A DNA stretch of 63,847 nucleotides, the filler included, from Hausera hauseri (lineage: Eukaryota), in NCBI GenBank assembly GCA_046269625.1. It is 12 parts of 12 records of this genome, joined end to end, with 100 filler letters (N's around TTAATTAATTAA, not from the genome) between each part and the next. Parts side by side here need not be neighbours in the genome. Positions count along the whole stretch, not along the records: positions 27,085 to 31,129 come from JBJURY010796312.1; positions 31,230 to 37,375 come from JBJURY010133984.1; positions 37,476 to 46,460 come from JBJURY010492131.1; 9 more parts are not named here. The stretch is one strand, 5' to 3'. Below the pieces are notes generated by a model. The model did not search any database. It was not told the origin of the DNA and saw only the letters and a program-made list of their open reading frames with translations. The position numbers and the translations under genes are program-made. Below, piece by piece: positions 27,085 to 39,541 of the stretch; the stretch's first letter is position 1, and every line of letters begins with the position of its first letter.

Positions 27085-28890
27085 AAAACTGAAGCCGTAT
27101 TTCTCGGACTTCGGTTAACACCACATGGTCACAGTCCACTTCCTGAGCGACTAGAGACCATCAAACAAATACCGAAGACATCCACTGTGACTGGACTTTG
27201 TAGTTTCCTTGGCACGATCAATTTCTGCCATCGCTACATTCCGCATTGTTCGGAAATCCTGTCACCTCTATCTGCTCTAAGCCAAGGATCCAAGAAATTC
27301 GAGGTAAACTGGACAGATGAGGCTGAACAGGCAAAAATGGCGCTTCTCCACCTACCTACCACACTATCCTAAACAAAATGCACCGTTTATCTTAACAACA
27401 GATGCATCCACAATCGCTACAGGCGCCATGCTTGCCCAGTAAATCGATGACAAAAATGCTCCCATTGAATTCTTTTCCCACAAATTCAATTCGGCTGAGC
27501 AACGCTATTCAACTTTCGACCGAGATTTACTAACCATAATTCTTAGTGTCAAACACTTCAGACATTTCCTCGAAGGAAATGTGTTCACAATCTGCACGGA
27601 CCACACAACACTCATTCGCATGATGAGTATGAAAAACCCATCTCTTCGTCAAGAGCGACACATCTCATTTCTATTGGAATTCTCATTCCAAATATAGCAT
27701 ATAACTGGAAAAAATAACACAGTTGCTCACTTCTTTTCCAGAACTGGGATATCGACGATATCCTTCGACCCAATTTTCACGGAAGAGGTTCTCCGATCAA
27801 ACTCTCCACATGAAGACGATGTTACATTCTTCAAAACAGTCGACACAAAAGATGGAATACACTACAACACCATCGTCAATGGTTGTCCACGCCCGATTCT
27901 GGCAGCAAACTTACGGAAAAAGGCATTTGAGACCATACACAACATCCATCACCCTGGATCAAAAGCCACAGCTCACCTTTTAAGCAGTAGAGTTTGTTGG
28001 CCCCACATGCTAAGCGACATAAAACGGTGGACAAAAGAATGTTCACTTTGTCAACAGTACAACGTGAACAAGACTATACAACCCCCAATTATACACTATC
28101 CTATTGGCTCACGTTTTGAAACCATCCACATGGATATAGTAGGACCACTTCCCGAATGTAACGGATATCAGTACATCCTAACCATTCTCGACCGAAAAAC
28201 AAGATGCCCCGAAGCCATTCCAACCCGCCAAATAACAACGCAAAGCGTTGTGGCTGTACTACTAAGTGCATGGGTTTCTCGGTTTAAAATACCTAAAAAC
28301 ATTATGACAGATCAAGGCACCCAATTCGAGTCAGCCATGTTTAACCAATTAACCAAATTGCTTGGTTCAAAGCACATACGCACATCACCCTATCACCCGC
28401 AGGCGAATGACTTGATCGAACAATTTCATCGTACACTCAAATCATCCCTACGAATCCTATGCTACGATAAGAAGAACTGGCTGGATGCATTACCCATTGT
28501 GCTATTAGGGTGGAGAAACACTCCCAACACTAGCACTGATGCCTCTCCGGCACAACTACTATTTGGTGCCCACCTCACATTCCCACAAGATCTGGTGAGC
28601 AATGAGGAAGTAACATCCATCCTTGCTCTCAACCAAGCCCGGAAGCATTTCCTGTCAATAGACACGAACCTTGCATTCCACAACAATCACAAGAAACTCA
28701 TTATGCCCAAGAACCTACAAGATTCGTCCTTTGTCTGGCTCAAAAGCCAACAAAGACACGGTTTTGAACCATACTAAACGGGCCCCAACAAATTCATAGA
28801 AATCACTGAGCACAACGCCAAAATACTGCGCGGCAACGATGAACACATAGTTCACTTGTCGAACGTAAAACCCGCATTCGGCTATTATGA
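27085..28890 (+). mobile_element. pol: Degenerate Ty3/Gypsy pol (RT end-RNase H-integrase)
   Basis: SFLGTINF, TTDAS, YSTFDRDL, TDH; integrase CSLCQ, HMDIVGPLP, TDQGTQFES, YHPQAN..EQFHRTLK. Confidence 0.93.
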
Positions 28891-29759
28891 TTTCGATACG
28901 GAAGATCCTATCCAGCAAGATGTATCCACTATGTCAGAAGTAGACAAGCTTCGAGAAAACTATGAAAACTGATCCATTCAACATGGACACTACAGTAGCC
29001 TATGAACCAACCCCGGTCCAAACTGAAACACATATTACCCCAACGCCCATACTTCCGGAAACGGAACGTACGATAATGCGCAATCAAACCCCTGCCGCAC
29101 CGATATCGAGTAGCATCAAAAGTGCATCTAAAATATCCCGACTTCACTGAAATGCTACCGTAACTAAACAGCGAACCCTGGTTGCACGTAGCGTAAAGGC
29201 CGGACAAAAACAGGTGGGGATCAAACTCACAGTGTCAATACAGACACTCGCTCATGCCATTTTTAATAGTCAACGAGTGCGCTGCATGCAACTAGGCAAA
29301 CAACATTTCTAAAAAACTGCTAAAAATGTGTTTCCCATGTACTGTCGAGAATAAAAAATGCCGTCTACCATGACGCATTAAAAAAACTCGCCGTACAATC
29401 TATCAAATATCAAAGTAAAAAAGATGGAAGCGGAAAAGGTGTATCTTAGCAATCAAATCAAGGAATTGAACACAAATCTACTAAACAAACGATGAATATA
29501 GTTAAAGATCAAAAATGATGTAACCCATCAGATAGATAAATTAAACAAGAGACTGGACAAAGTCGAAACAGAAAATACCAGCAACACTAAAAGAGCGGCA
29601 ATGTACAGACAGTACGTAAAGAGAACGGTAATAATGGAGAACACACGTATGCTGGAGAAAGAATTGCTTCGATTACAAGGTCTGCATTGTGATCTTAAAA
29701 GAACGAGGAACAAAATATTGAAATGACCAACGGATCGTCTGAATTCGATGACCTTAAAT

Positions 29760-31129
29760 CATTCCCCAGTTTAAAATTCGTCTTACCTTGATGGAAATCT
29801 ACGGTGGCGTCAATCGAATTAACAAACTAACCGATCGCTATTCCGAACGGATTCAGTATCAGACAATTTTATCTGCGGATAATACGAAACGTTCGCTGAT
29901 CGTGACGTTAAAGAACAAGAAAGGGAAATTAATTTCGGTTCCCGAAAATCTTGTCACAGATATCTTAACGATAACGAACAAAACCTGTAATTCCAAAGCA
30001 ACGAATTCGGGATTTTCGTTTGATGTATTCAATAAAAGTAACGTTATCAGAGAAATTATTGATGTCAGCAAACATTACGCCAATTTGACCCTTCAACCGT
30101 TGGTGAAAATACGAAACTAACTCGCCAATGCCATATAAACGTGTTGACAAATGAAAAGTACAAATTCTGCAGAGTACAAAATACAAGTATACGAATTTAT
30201 TGCAAGTTTAAATGAACTCCAGAACATTACAACCGAGAGGAGTAACAATTCGTCCGATTTTCTAATGGTTTTCCAAGTCATTTCCAAACTCATACCACTC
30301 GTCAATAGTTTCGCATCGGATTATGGTTTAGCAAATTATACCGTATTACCATCCGATATGTACGATCGAGCCATTGACGATTTGGACAGATTTCTCAATC
30401 GAATAATCAACAAAATACTCCGTCAATACATTAACCGAATACTGGTCAACGAAACGCCGAAAATCAAACTACGTCTGTCAAATACAAACGACACTTAAAC
30501 TCATGATTTTCGTTATAATTTTACTCAACATTATTTTCATCAGCGCCGTTTCGGTTTTGTATTTGGCAAATGCCATCACGAAATACGAACTGCGAACTCA
30601 TCCAAAATTATGGATCGGTTTACACTTTCTAACATTCCTATTCGGTTTAACGATATTATTCGCTTACGATATTTCGACATCGGTATTGCTAAATTCCCAA
30701 ACGGAAATCTGTCGATATTTATCCGATGCGAAAAATTCGGCAAAAATTGCCAATAATTACATTGACTCATTTCTCGAAACGAAAAGCAAAATACTTCTAA
30801 CGAAAATGTTACCTGAAAAAATCCGGTCAATCCCTCGATTGAATATCCAGAATCCTCGGAGTATTCTCACGACAATCATTCGTAAATGTCCGGCTAGTAG
30901 AATTCTTTTGCCAAGTCTTGAACTTTATCGTCCGATCAACACGTCGGCGTTAATTCATTCGAATTTTGTTGCAGAAGATATCATCCAGCCTATGTTGAAC
31001 AAAATAAACCAAACCCTCAATAAAAAATTCGATTCAATTTTAGAAAACCTCGTACCGATTCTAAACAGTCGATCCCATCTCGATTTGATACTGGACAAAA
31101 TCCCGAAAACTGAAGAAAAAACTCTGACA
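29760..31129 (+). pseudogene. Prominin-like membrane protein fragment (disrupted, or interrupted by unresolved introns)
   Basis: Long helical region, two TM helices, then SQTEICRYL and a later IIRKC, resembling prominin TM3-TM4 and the following loop; several stops. Confidence 0.5.
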
Positions 31130-31229
31130 NNNNNNNNNNNNNNNNNNNNNNNNNNNNNNNNNNNNNNNNNNNNTTAATTAATTAANNNNNNNNNNNNNNN
31201 NNNNNNNNNNNNNNNNNNNNNNNNNNNNN

Positions 31230-31670
31230 GCTTTTACCAAGTTTTTAACACCCCGGATTTTAAATTCTTTCTTTGTTACGATATCATCAGTTGCGTTCTT
31301 GTAGTGAAATAACATCATGGGTGGTTTAGTAAAAGTGAGTCAAAGAATATTTTCCGTCAGTTTTTCTATATTCTTAAAGAAATTGTTGCAACTATCATTA
31401 CCCTTTTTGTAACGAAGTGCCGCAAATAGATTCGTAACCAGATTTTTCTTTGGCTCAAATATCTTTAAGCGATCTTCAAAGCCTAAATGTGATTTTGTCA
31501 CACAATTGAACGTCATCAATGTTGATGAACGCTTTTGTCAGAGTAATTCGGGAGTTGGAGCGATCTCAAAAATCGTTGCAATTATTTGATAAATTCTTCT
31601 AAGTCCTCTCCACGGTGATACGTTTTTGATGGTCTCACGTAATTTAAAATATTCGACGTGGTCGCCATGT
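31230..31670 (-). mobile_element. Gag-like relic of an LTR retrotransposon
   Basis: MATTSNILNYVRPSKTYHRGEDLEEFIK resembles a gag capsid N-terminus; downstream frameshifts. Confidence 0.45.
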
Positions 31671-32148
31671 TATTCGACAATGAAATTGAAAGAAAAAGAA
31701 GGCAAATGCTGTACTATTTATTAAATAACGAAATCGGTTTCAGTAGTCCGAGTTTACGGTGATTACATCACTGATTCAGTCAGACATACAATGAAGCAAG
31801 AACTCAAACATCCACAGCACACATACAAACCAACACAATACAGTTTAATACTAAGTTATCTCTCATTACACCATGCATTTATCTAGTTACAAAATGCGTT
31901 ATTTTCTTGATGCATCACATAATCTATTCTCACTTGAATGCAATTGGATTCTGTCTTGAAAATAACAATCAATATGGACGGTATGTGCTGGAGAAATTCT
32001 CGTCGAATAAAGCAAATACGTTAGTATTATACTTCTGAGCAGAGGTAACATATGCTATTTATTTATGAATATGACAAAAATCGCAATGATTTTATTTGCT
32101 AAAACAATGTGAAAATAATCCAAAAATAAAATTTCTCCTTCATGTAGA

Positions 32149-32480
32149 CTACGATGAGAAATTTTCCTAATGCCAATTTCAAATGGATAATTCCAGAATT
32201 TTCACAGAAATGTCAAAAGTTGCAGTGGATCCAATCGGGGAATTTTTATAGCATTGAGGGTTACAAAATGAATCTGGCAATGCAGTTAAATTCTATCGGA
32301 AGAATGACAATTTATTTTCATATCCACGCTGGTCCGTCTGACAGTAAACTGGAATGGCCAATGCCGATGGTTGTAACTATAGCCATTGTCGATATTAAAA
32401 CAGACAAGATGTACCGTAGCTGGACGTTCTCATCTGCTACCAGTACATGGCCAGACAACTGGAACAGACAACCTGAATCA
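32149..32480 (+). CDS. MATH (TRAF-C) domain exon or pseudo-exon
   Basis: FKWIIPEFS..SGNFYSIEGYKMNL..IYFHIHAGPSDSKLEWP..VTIAIVD; pyrimidine tract and tag acceptor at ~32148. Confidence 0.8.
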
Positions 32481-33359
32481 TTCACCGAGTTATGTGACAA
32501 TGTACGTCCGAAAAAAGACGAGTCTGCGTCATTTTTGAAATCACTTGTTTCAGTTGGAATGAAGGCATTGTCCAACAATTTTGTATATTGCAGGTTATGC
32601 ACACTCAGTTTCAGAAACCGATTTGATGTCTAAAACTCTCCGTGACATGAATCTGGTATACGTTTTATACGACTCTCAAAAGCATTCAATACAATTATTA
32701 TTGCAAAATCATAAAAGTGATACAATTGGTCAGTTTCCTGTTAATGTGGTTATCTTCTACTGAGCATCAGAAAAGCCACTGAATGTTGAACAGATTATGA
32801 ATTTTTCAAAAAAGAATGCATTCAAGTCTTACAAATTGTACTTAAAAGTTGTTGATAATTGTAAACTCATAGTTACGCAATAAAAAAATACAGCCGTTAA
32901 TCAATTGCCTGAAAACGATAGTTATTTGATTATGGTTGATATTCATACGAATATTTTTTCATTATTTTTGAGTCGTTGTCATTCCTTCCTTTATGGTAGA
33001 TACGATACAACATTTTTACCAATTCCATTTACAGAGTTTCAATTGAAAAATGGTAACAATGGACGTCATAGTTTAAATGAAAATTCTGGTTTATTGGATT
33101 ATGAAAACCACGAAGTTCTCTGTATCCGACTCATGACATTCATTGAAGCTGGGGGTTTTGATGAAGATCAAACAAGTGATGCTGCCAATATTTTGTTGGT
33201 TAATAAGCTCATAAATGGTAAAAAAAGAAATTTTCCTATCTACAGATCTATCGGTACGACTTTCCTATCACCACATGAGTTGCCAACTTCAATCAAACTT
33301 AAAATATTCAAATATCACATATTGCGAAACTCGACAAAGGCGAACCTTGCAGTCGTAAT

Positions 33360-33661
33360 TAGAGGTTCTTAGGGATTTATTTTTCAATATTCGTCATGTG
33401 ATCCGAGTTCATGAAATGTTGCTGACAATGGACATTCAGAATGTCCAATTGAAGAATAGTCTCAGCACGGCAAAGAGTGAAGTTCACGACGCTCTGAACA
33501 AGAACATTGATTCTGCCGGTTGTCTGAAATCCTTGTTGAAACTTGTAGAAATCCGCAACAAACATTATGTGCAAAACGGTGTCAAAGGATCTAGTTTAAA
33601 TGATCTCAGGAATATTGCCGTTTATGTTTATGACACCAGAATTATTTGGTGCCGCGGATAA
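33360..33661 (+). pseudogene. CARS: Cysteinyl-tRNA synthetase C-terminal fragment
   Basis: LFFNIR..AKSEVHDALNKNIDSAGCLKSLLKLV..LRNIAVYV, then IFGA in a shifted frame; resembles the eukaryotic CysRS helical domain. Confidence 0.6.
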
Positions 33662-34138
33662 ATGTTCGGATTTCGGTTTAACGTCACAGTCCGAATGAAA
33701 TAGCATCGTTTACCAGCGATATCAAATCCGTTGCTATGCAATTCCAAATTATTAAACCATTTCTGGTGGAAAAGCCAACACATGATCTTGGTGTCAAATA
33801 TTTGACAACTGCACTAGGCATTAATAAAACTCGTGGCAGCATGCAACCAGATGAAAGCACGTGCAGTGGCGAAGGGTTTATTAATAACCTATGTTCCAAT
33901 CTTAGTATATTTTGTTTCTACGAATAGAAATTTCACGAATTCTAGGAACGGAACATAAGCAAACACGCCAATATCGAAATTGTTCGAATATTTAACGATA
34001 TCTTTCTCACTTTCAACAGACAGATTCATACAAAGGAAATCCAATAATTGTTGCAATATGTATTAAATAGTATATGGCTGTTTCGATGAAATTTGCCTAT
34101 AAAAATTATTTTGTTTATTCTTCACTGCTAAAGTCATC

Positions 34139-34390
34139 TGTAATCATGCCCGGTGAAGCCCAGCAACTTATCTTCAGAGCTGAAGACTACGCTAAACTAC
34201 AAGAGGGGTCATCGGATACCCCGAAATTTGGAACCCGCCGCGGCGAAGCTGACTTCCCGGCCACCCACCCTGCACCGGTGGGTCGGACGGCATCTTTCGT
34301 TGTCGCCCAGTAGCACACCCCCGGGTATACCACTTCTTCTTACTCCATCCTTTTTTTTAAATAATAAACATGTCCATACACAGCATTACA
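34139..34390 (+). mobile_element. Candidate 5' LTR
   Basis: TGTAAT...ATTACA inverted termini and AATAAA near the 3' end, upstream of gag; no clear PBS. Confidence 0.45.
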
Positions 34391-34699
34391 TTTACACATT
34401 GCGGCCATTTACAATTTCATCTCTACCCTACTCCACTCCTCTTCTACCTCACATACAATGGATCTGTAGTACCTTTCGCTGAACCCCTCCAACTCTCTAC
34501 AACTTGCGTCTGCTTTCATATTCATTTCCGTATCTGTGGTGGCATGTATGCGTCACCTAAAATTGATACCACGGACAAACTCACCAAACCACAGATCCCC
34601 ATCATTCACTTATCCAAACAAAGCGCTTCAAACAACCTTACACAGCACACCTTCCTCACTCATTCACCCTGCACCTAATTCTTCCGCAACAGCCAAAAC

Positions 34700-37375
34700 T
34701 TTACACAAACTTGGCTAAAACTGCACCAATTTTGGCCCCAATTACAAAGCGTCGTCGACTCTTTATCCAAAGCCAACAGCCTTTTTTTCCACTTACTAGC
34801 TTCCATCAAAACAAAAATTACCAATATTATCGATATCCTTCAGCACACCGACCCATATACTCAACACTATAATGCCGTCCTCATGCATACTGAGCCTTCA
34901 ATCGACTCCATCATTTAAAGGTTCTTCAGCGAAAACGCCATGGGCCTTCAGAAGCCTTCTGAATTCCTACACACATACTTATCTCACCTCAACACCCTTG
35001 GCGTGACATCTGAGCATAGTCCAGAACTTATTCGTCTCTATTTCATAAATGCATTGGCCCTTCAAATAAAGGCTTTGTTTACCGTGGTCGAGGACTCCAC
35101 GGCTCTGGACAAGTTAGCCGAACTGGCGGACAAATCTTACGAAATACTGCACTCACACACAACACCAACCATCTCTGCGGCATTAACAACAGATTACCAA
35201 ACAACAAAATGCAAAGCTGCAGCAACAAATTGCGCAAGTACGCGCGGAAAAAAATGTTACAAAAGACAATCAACACCATAAATGAAAAATTAAACGAATT
35301 TGCTCTGCCTCGAAGGGGTTTTTCTAGGCCTGCTTCCCCTAATGTATTTAATCAATGTCAAAGACGGTCGTCTTCACCCGCGCGGTTATTTATTTGCTAT
35401 TATCATAGCAAATTTGGTAACATTGCTCAGAAATGCTGCATCGGTTGTAAATTTTACTCCCCTGGTTTCAATACAAGCAACATCGTTTGCGTCTATCACT
35501 CAAAATTTGGCACAAAAGCACAAAAATGCCTACCTAGCTGCAACTACAACACACACAATAAAACCAACACTACTAAATTTACACAGCACACTAAGCCAAA
35601 CTTACTAGCTGCAAAAAACTGATTTCGCCACTAGGACACAAGGCAAGCCCTAGCAAAAGCAACAACCTACAAAAACATAGCCGACACATTTCCTTTGCTG
35701 TATTCACGTTGGAAGTAGCAGTCGTCACTCCAACACAACAAAACATTAACTTTCTTATAGACACCGGCGCAGCAATCTCTCTGCTTCTACCAACACAACA
35801 CATCCGAAACAATTTCACCTCACAAAAGCAACTGTTCACTGCATCCGGTAAACCTTTACAAATTTTTGGAGTTACCACATTAACATTCACTCTTCCGCAC
35901 TTCACAAACACATTTACATGGAAATTTACAATAGCTAATGTACTCACACCTATACTGGGTTCAGGCTTTCCGTCCCACTACAATTTACTTGTAGATTGCA
36001 AACGATGTTCCTTAAAGTGCGGAAATAATCTTAATCAAATTAGCAGCATTTCGGTGACCACCCCGGCGATCGCTTCCAACAAGTCGATACTGAAGCAAAC
36101 GACTTTCGATTTAAATTATTTTTATAATCATACATTATACCGAAATTTTTATTACGGTGACAAATACGATATTGCCAACTGCGTGGCACCTATTACTAAT
36201 AGCACAGCCGCCAACACCATCTTCAACACGAACATCCTGCACCAAATATCACCCAGTCACAACACCTTGTCTACAACTCATACTTCAACTGCATCCAGTC
36301 ACGATGCATCGACACAATTTGATAACGTTTCATCGTTGCTTTCTGATCTACAACAATACATTTCGTCCTCCTGCACGCGTCTGCTGCAAAAGGACAAATC
36401 ATTCGCAAAACCCCAGTCACCTTCTACTACATAGTAACAGCACATCAGCGACCAGTACGTTAAAAGGACCGTCCGCTATCGCCTCGTCGCCTACATGCCG
36501 TGGAGGCTGAGTTTCTCAAACTGGAAAAATCAGGCATAATCAGAAGATCAAAATCCCCCTGGTCTTCACAACTACATATGGTTCCAAAAATGATGGCACT
36601 TTTCGCCCATGCGCTGATTACCGCCATCTCAATATCATAACTACAATGGATGCCTACCCTCCACCATTAATCAACGACATCCTTCACAGGATCCATGGTT
36701 CGACTATCTTTTCCTGCATTGATTTGCACAAAGCATACAACAAAATTCCGGTAGCCCCTGCAGACATTCCGAAAACGGCTGTCATTACACCTTTCGGTCT
36801 TTTCGAATACCGTTTTATGCCTTTTGGACTCTTTAGCGCTTCCCAGACCTTCCAAAGGCATATAGATACAGCCCTATCAGGTTTATACTTTGCCTATCCC
36901 TATATTGATGATATTTTAATTATATCATCCTCCTCGAAACAACACTCTGAACACTTAAGTTTGATCTTCAAACGCTTGCACCAAAATAACTTTCCAATCA
37001 ATTTCTCTAAATGCTCCTTTTTCAATATAAGGTCAACTTCCTAGGACATGTTATTAGCTCCTCCGGACATTCACCTCAGCCAGAGAGCATCACACAGCTC
37101 AAAAACATACAACTACCACGTACATCAACAGAGATGCGTTCTTTCCTCGGTGCCTTGCACTTCATTCATAAGCATGTTCCACACTGTTCCACCCTAACCC
37201 CTCCATTTGCATCACTAAGCTCTGGCAAGAAGAAAGAGCCTATTCAATGGACCGCCAAGCTAGTCAACGCTTTCGATCACTTCAAAGACAATTTATAAAC
37301 CGTAAAAATCCTGGCCTTTCAAGACTCCCATGCAGAACTTTTCTTAACGACGGACGCATCCACAACAGCTGCATG
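34700..37375 (+). mobile_element. Degenerate Ty3/Gypsy gag-protease-RT-RNase H start
   Basis: Gag KPSEFL..LDKLAELADK and two CxYHSKFGxxAQKC knuckles; protease FLIDTGAAIS; RT DYRHLN, MPFGL, YIDD; RNase H TTDAS at the contig end. Confidence 0.93.
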
Positions 37376-39541
37376 NNNNNNNNNNNNNNNNNNNNNNNNN
37401 NNNNNNNNNNNNNNNNNNNTTAATTAATTAANNNNNNNNNNNNNNNNNNNNNNNNNNNNNNNNNNNNNNNNNNNNGAAATAGTGCAGTACTAAAGTATAA
37501 ATTGTCTTTCTGTCACTGAGTGTCAGCTCTTATTGATGAGCCCTAAAAGAGCTTGTAGAAGGGGCAAATGTTTCCTGCTATCCCAGGAAAAAGGGTAGCC
37601 TGAGGCCCTCCAGGTGGTTACGCAATGCTTGACATCTTAGAATTGATCCACCACTTTGTCAGGGACCATTGTGATCCTCTGCTAGTTAGCTGACAGATTT
37701 TTCCCTGTCTTGCCCAGGAGCCACTGCATGAACATAGACAGAGATCTTGTCTGACAGGATTGGCTATGATTTGCTGAAAGCCCTCTCAGTGCCTCAGAAT
37801 CTCTGCACCAAGGGCAGATGCATGAAGTCAATGTATCTCTCATCAGATCCTGATGCAACTGAAAGGCTATACAATGCAATACTGGCCTAATACCTATATT
37901 CTCTGTGATTCATTTTATGCTTAGGAACAACACATCGTAGAGCTGTCTTAAATAAATGGGTAATAAAGAGTATGAAGTATCTTTCTACAACTAATCAGTT
38001 AAATAGGCTTTATTTTTTTAATTGAGATTCTGAGGCACAGTACATTATAGCTGTTCTTCAGTGTCAGGGCGGTAGTACAATGCTTGGCCTGTTAGAAATG
38101 ATCCACCACTCAACTGATAACCATACTGAACTTCCGCCCATTAGCTGGCAGGTTTCCTGGAGACATGGGCAGAGGATCTTGGCTGTCTATGATTCGTCAG
38201 TCCTGGCACTATATTAAGGCCAGCTATGGGTCGCCGCCACACAGCACCTTCGTCTTCTTGGTGGAGATATAGCTTAGCTTGAAAATCAAAATTGGACATT
38301 TAAGAGCAAGATTCTGAGGAAGCTGCACAGAAATCGCTTTCTCATCCCCTCTAACTACTTCATGTTTTGGACAGTGTTTCTTTGTAATGCTTTCTTGCAA
38401 TGAGTGACTGAAAAAAATAGTCCACTGTGTACTGCAGCAAGTCAAAGACATGTATTATTAAAGTCTTGCTGGTTCAAATCCCTTAGAGTGCCCTTTTTTT
38501 CTGTTTCCAGCATGTTGTTCATCTTTTTGTCTACTTCTTTCTGTTCTAAAAAAATACTGAAAATCACATATCCTTTTCCTCCCATTTCACAGTTATCTGC
38601 TACGTTTTGCCAGTGCGTTGCATAAAATCCCATTAAACTCTGACAAAGTTTGTGAAATTTTTATTGTCTCTATATTCTTCAGATTTTTATCCTAAGCACT
38701 TTCACATTGCAGATACAAAAACCTGATGAATATTTTCACTGTTGGAAATTGGTTACTACAATGATTGTTTCCTTGTTACAAGTATAGACTTGATTGACTG
38801 TATCAGTTCCAATAACTATTCAGAATATTGTTCACTACTGGACCACTCGAAATATATTCGTTCACAATTCCACCACTGTATTTAAGAATTTTAAAGTGGA
38901 AAATTTTTCGTTCATTTAATATTGGTTTATAATGTTTTCTTGATATTCTGCCAATTTGAAGTATATTCGCTTCTTAAATGTTTTTAAAATGACATCAAAG
39001 ATTAGTTTCTATGACTAAATTGAATGGATTTTATATTTTCATTCTTCACGAATACGCCCAATTATTAATTTTCATAATAGCAATAAATTTGATGAATTTT
39101 TTGTTTCAATATGTTCATTTTCTACGAGCATTAAAAATTTGAAAATTTTGTTAAATTAAGTGAATTAATGGGAAATTTGGGTACGTGGTTATTATTTAAT
39201 AAATGTTGATTACAAATTCATGAAAAATGTTTTAAAATTTGTCATGTAATTTGTAAGAATTTTTACTTATATTATATTATTCTTATGATTGTTGAAAATA
39301 CTTCTGTCATTTTCACCCGGACAGTAGTTATATTTTTTGAATGTTTCTGCAATTTCTTCCCGCGTAATTCGGTTATTGGATTGATTGTTTGGTGTCAATG
39401 TAAGATCTAGGAAGGAATAGGTAGGATCCGGTGTAGATGGCGTTTCCTGTTTTATGTGTTCGCCCACTGGCTCCTTTTTACGACTTAATATTTTTCTCTA
39501 AGATTTTATCGTGTCTAGCTGTGATATCTGGCATAATTCGC

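Noticed and set aside
37476-38900. Possible decayed ankyrin-containing gene on the minus strand (DLNQQDFNNTCL*LAA)
   Set aside because: One weak motif amid many stops; not enough to call
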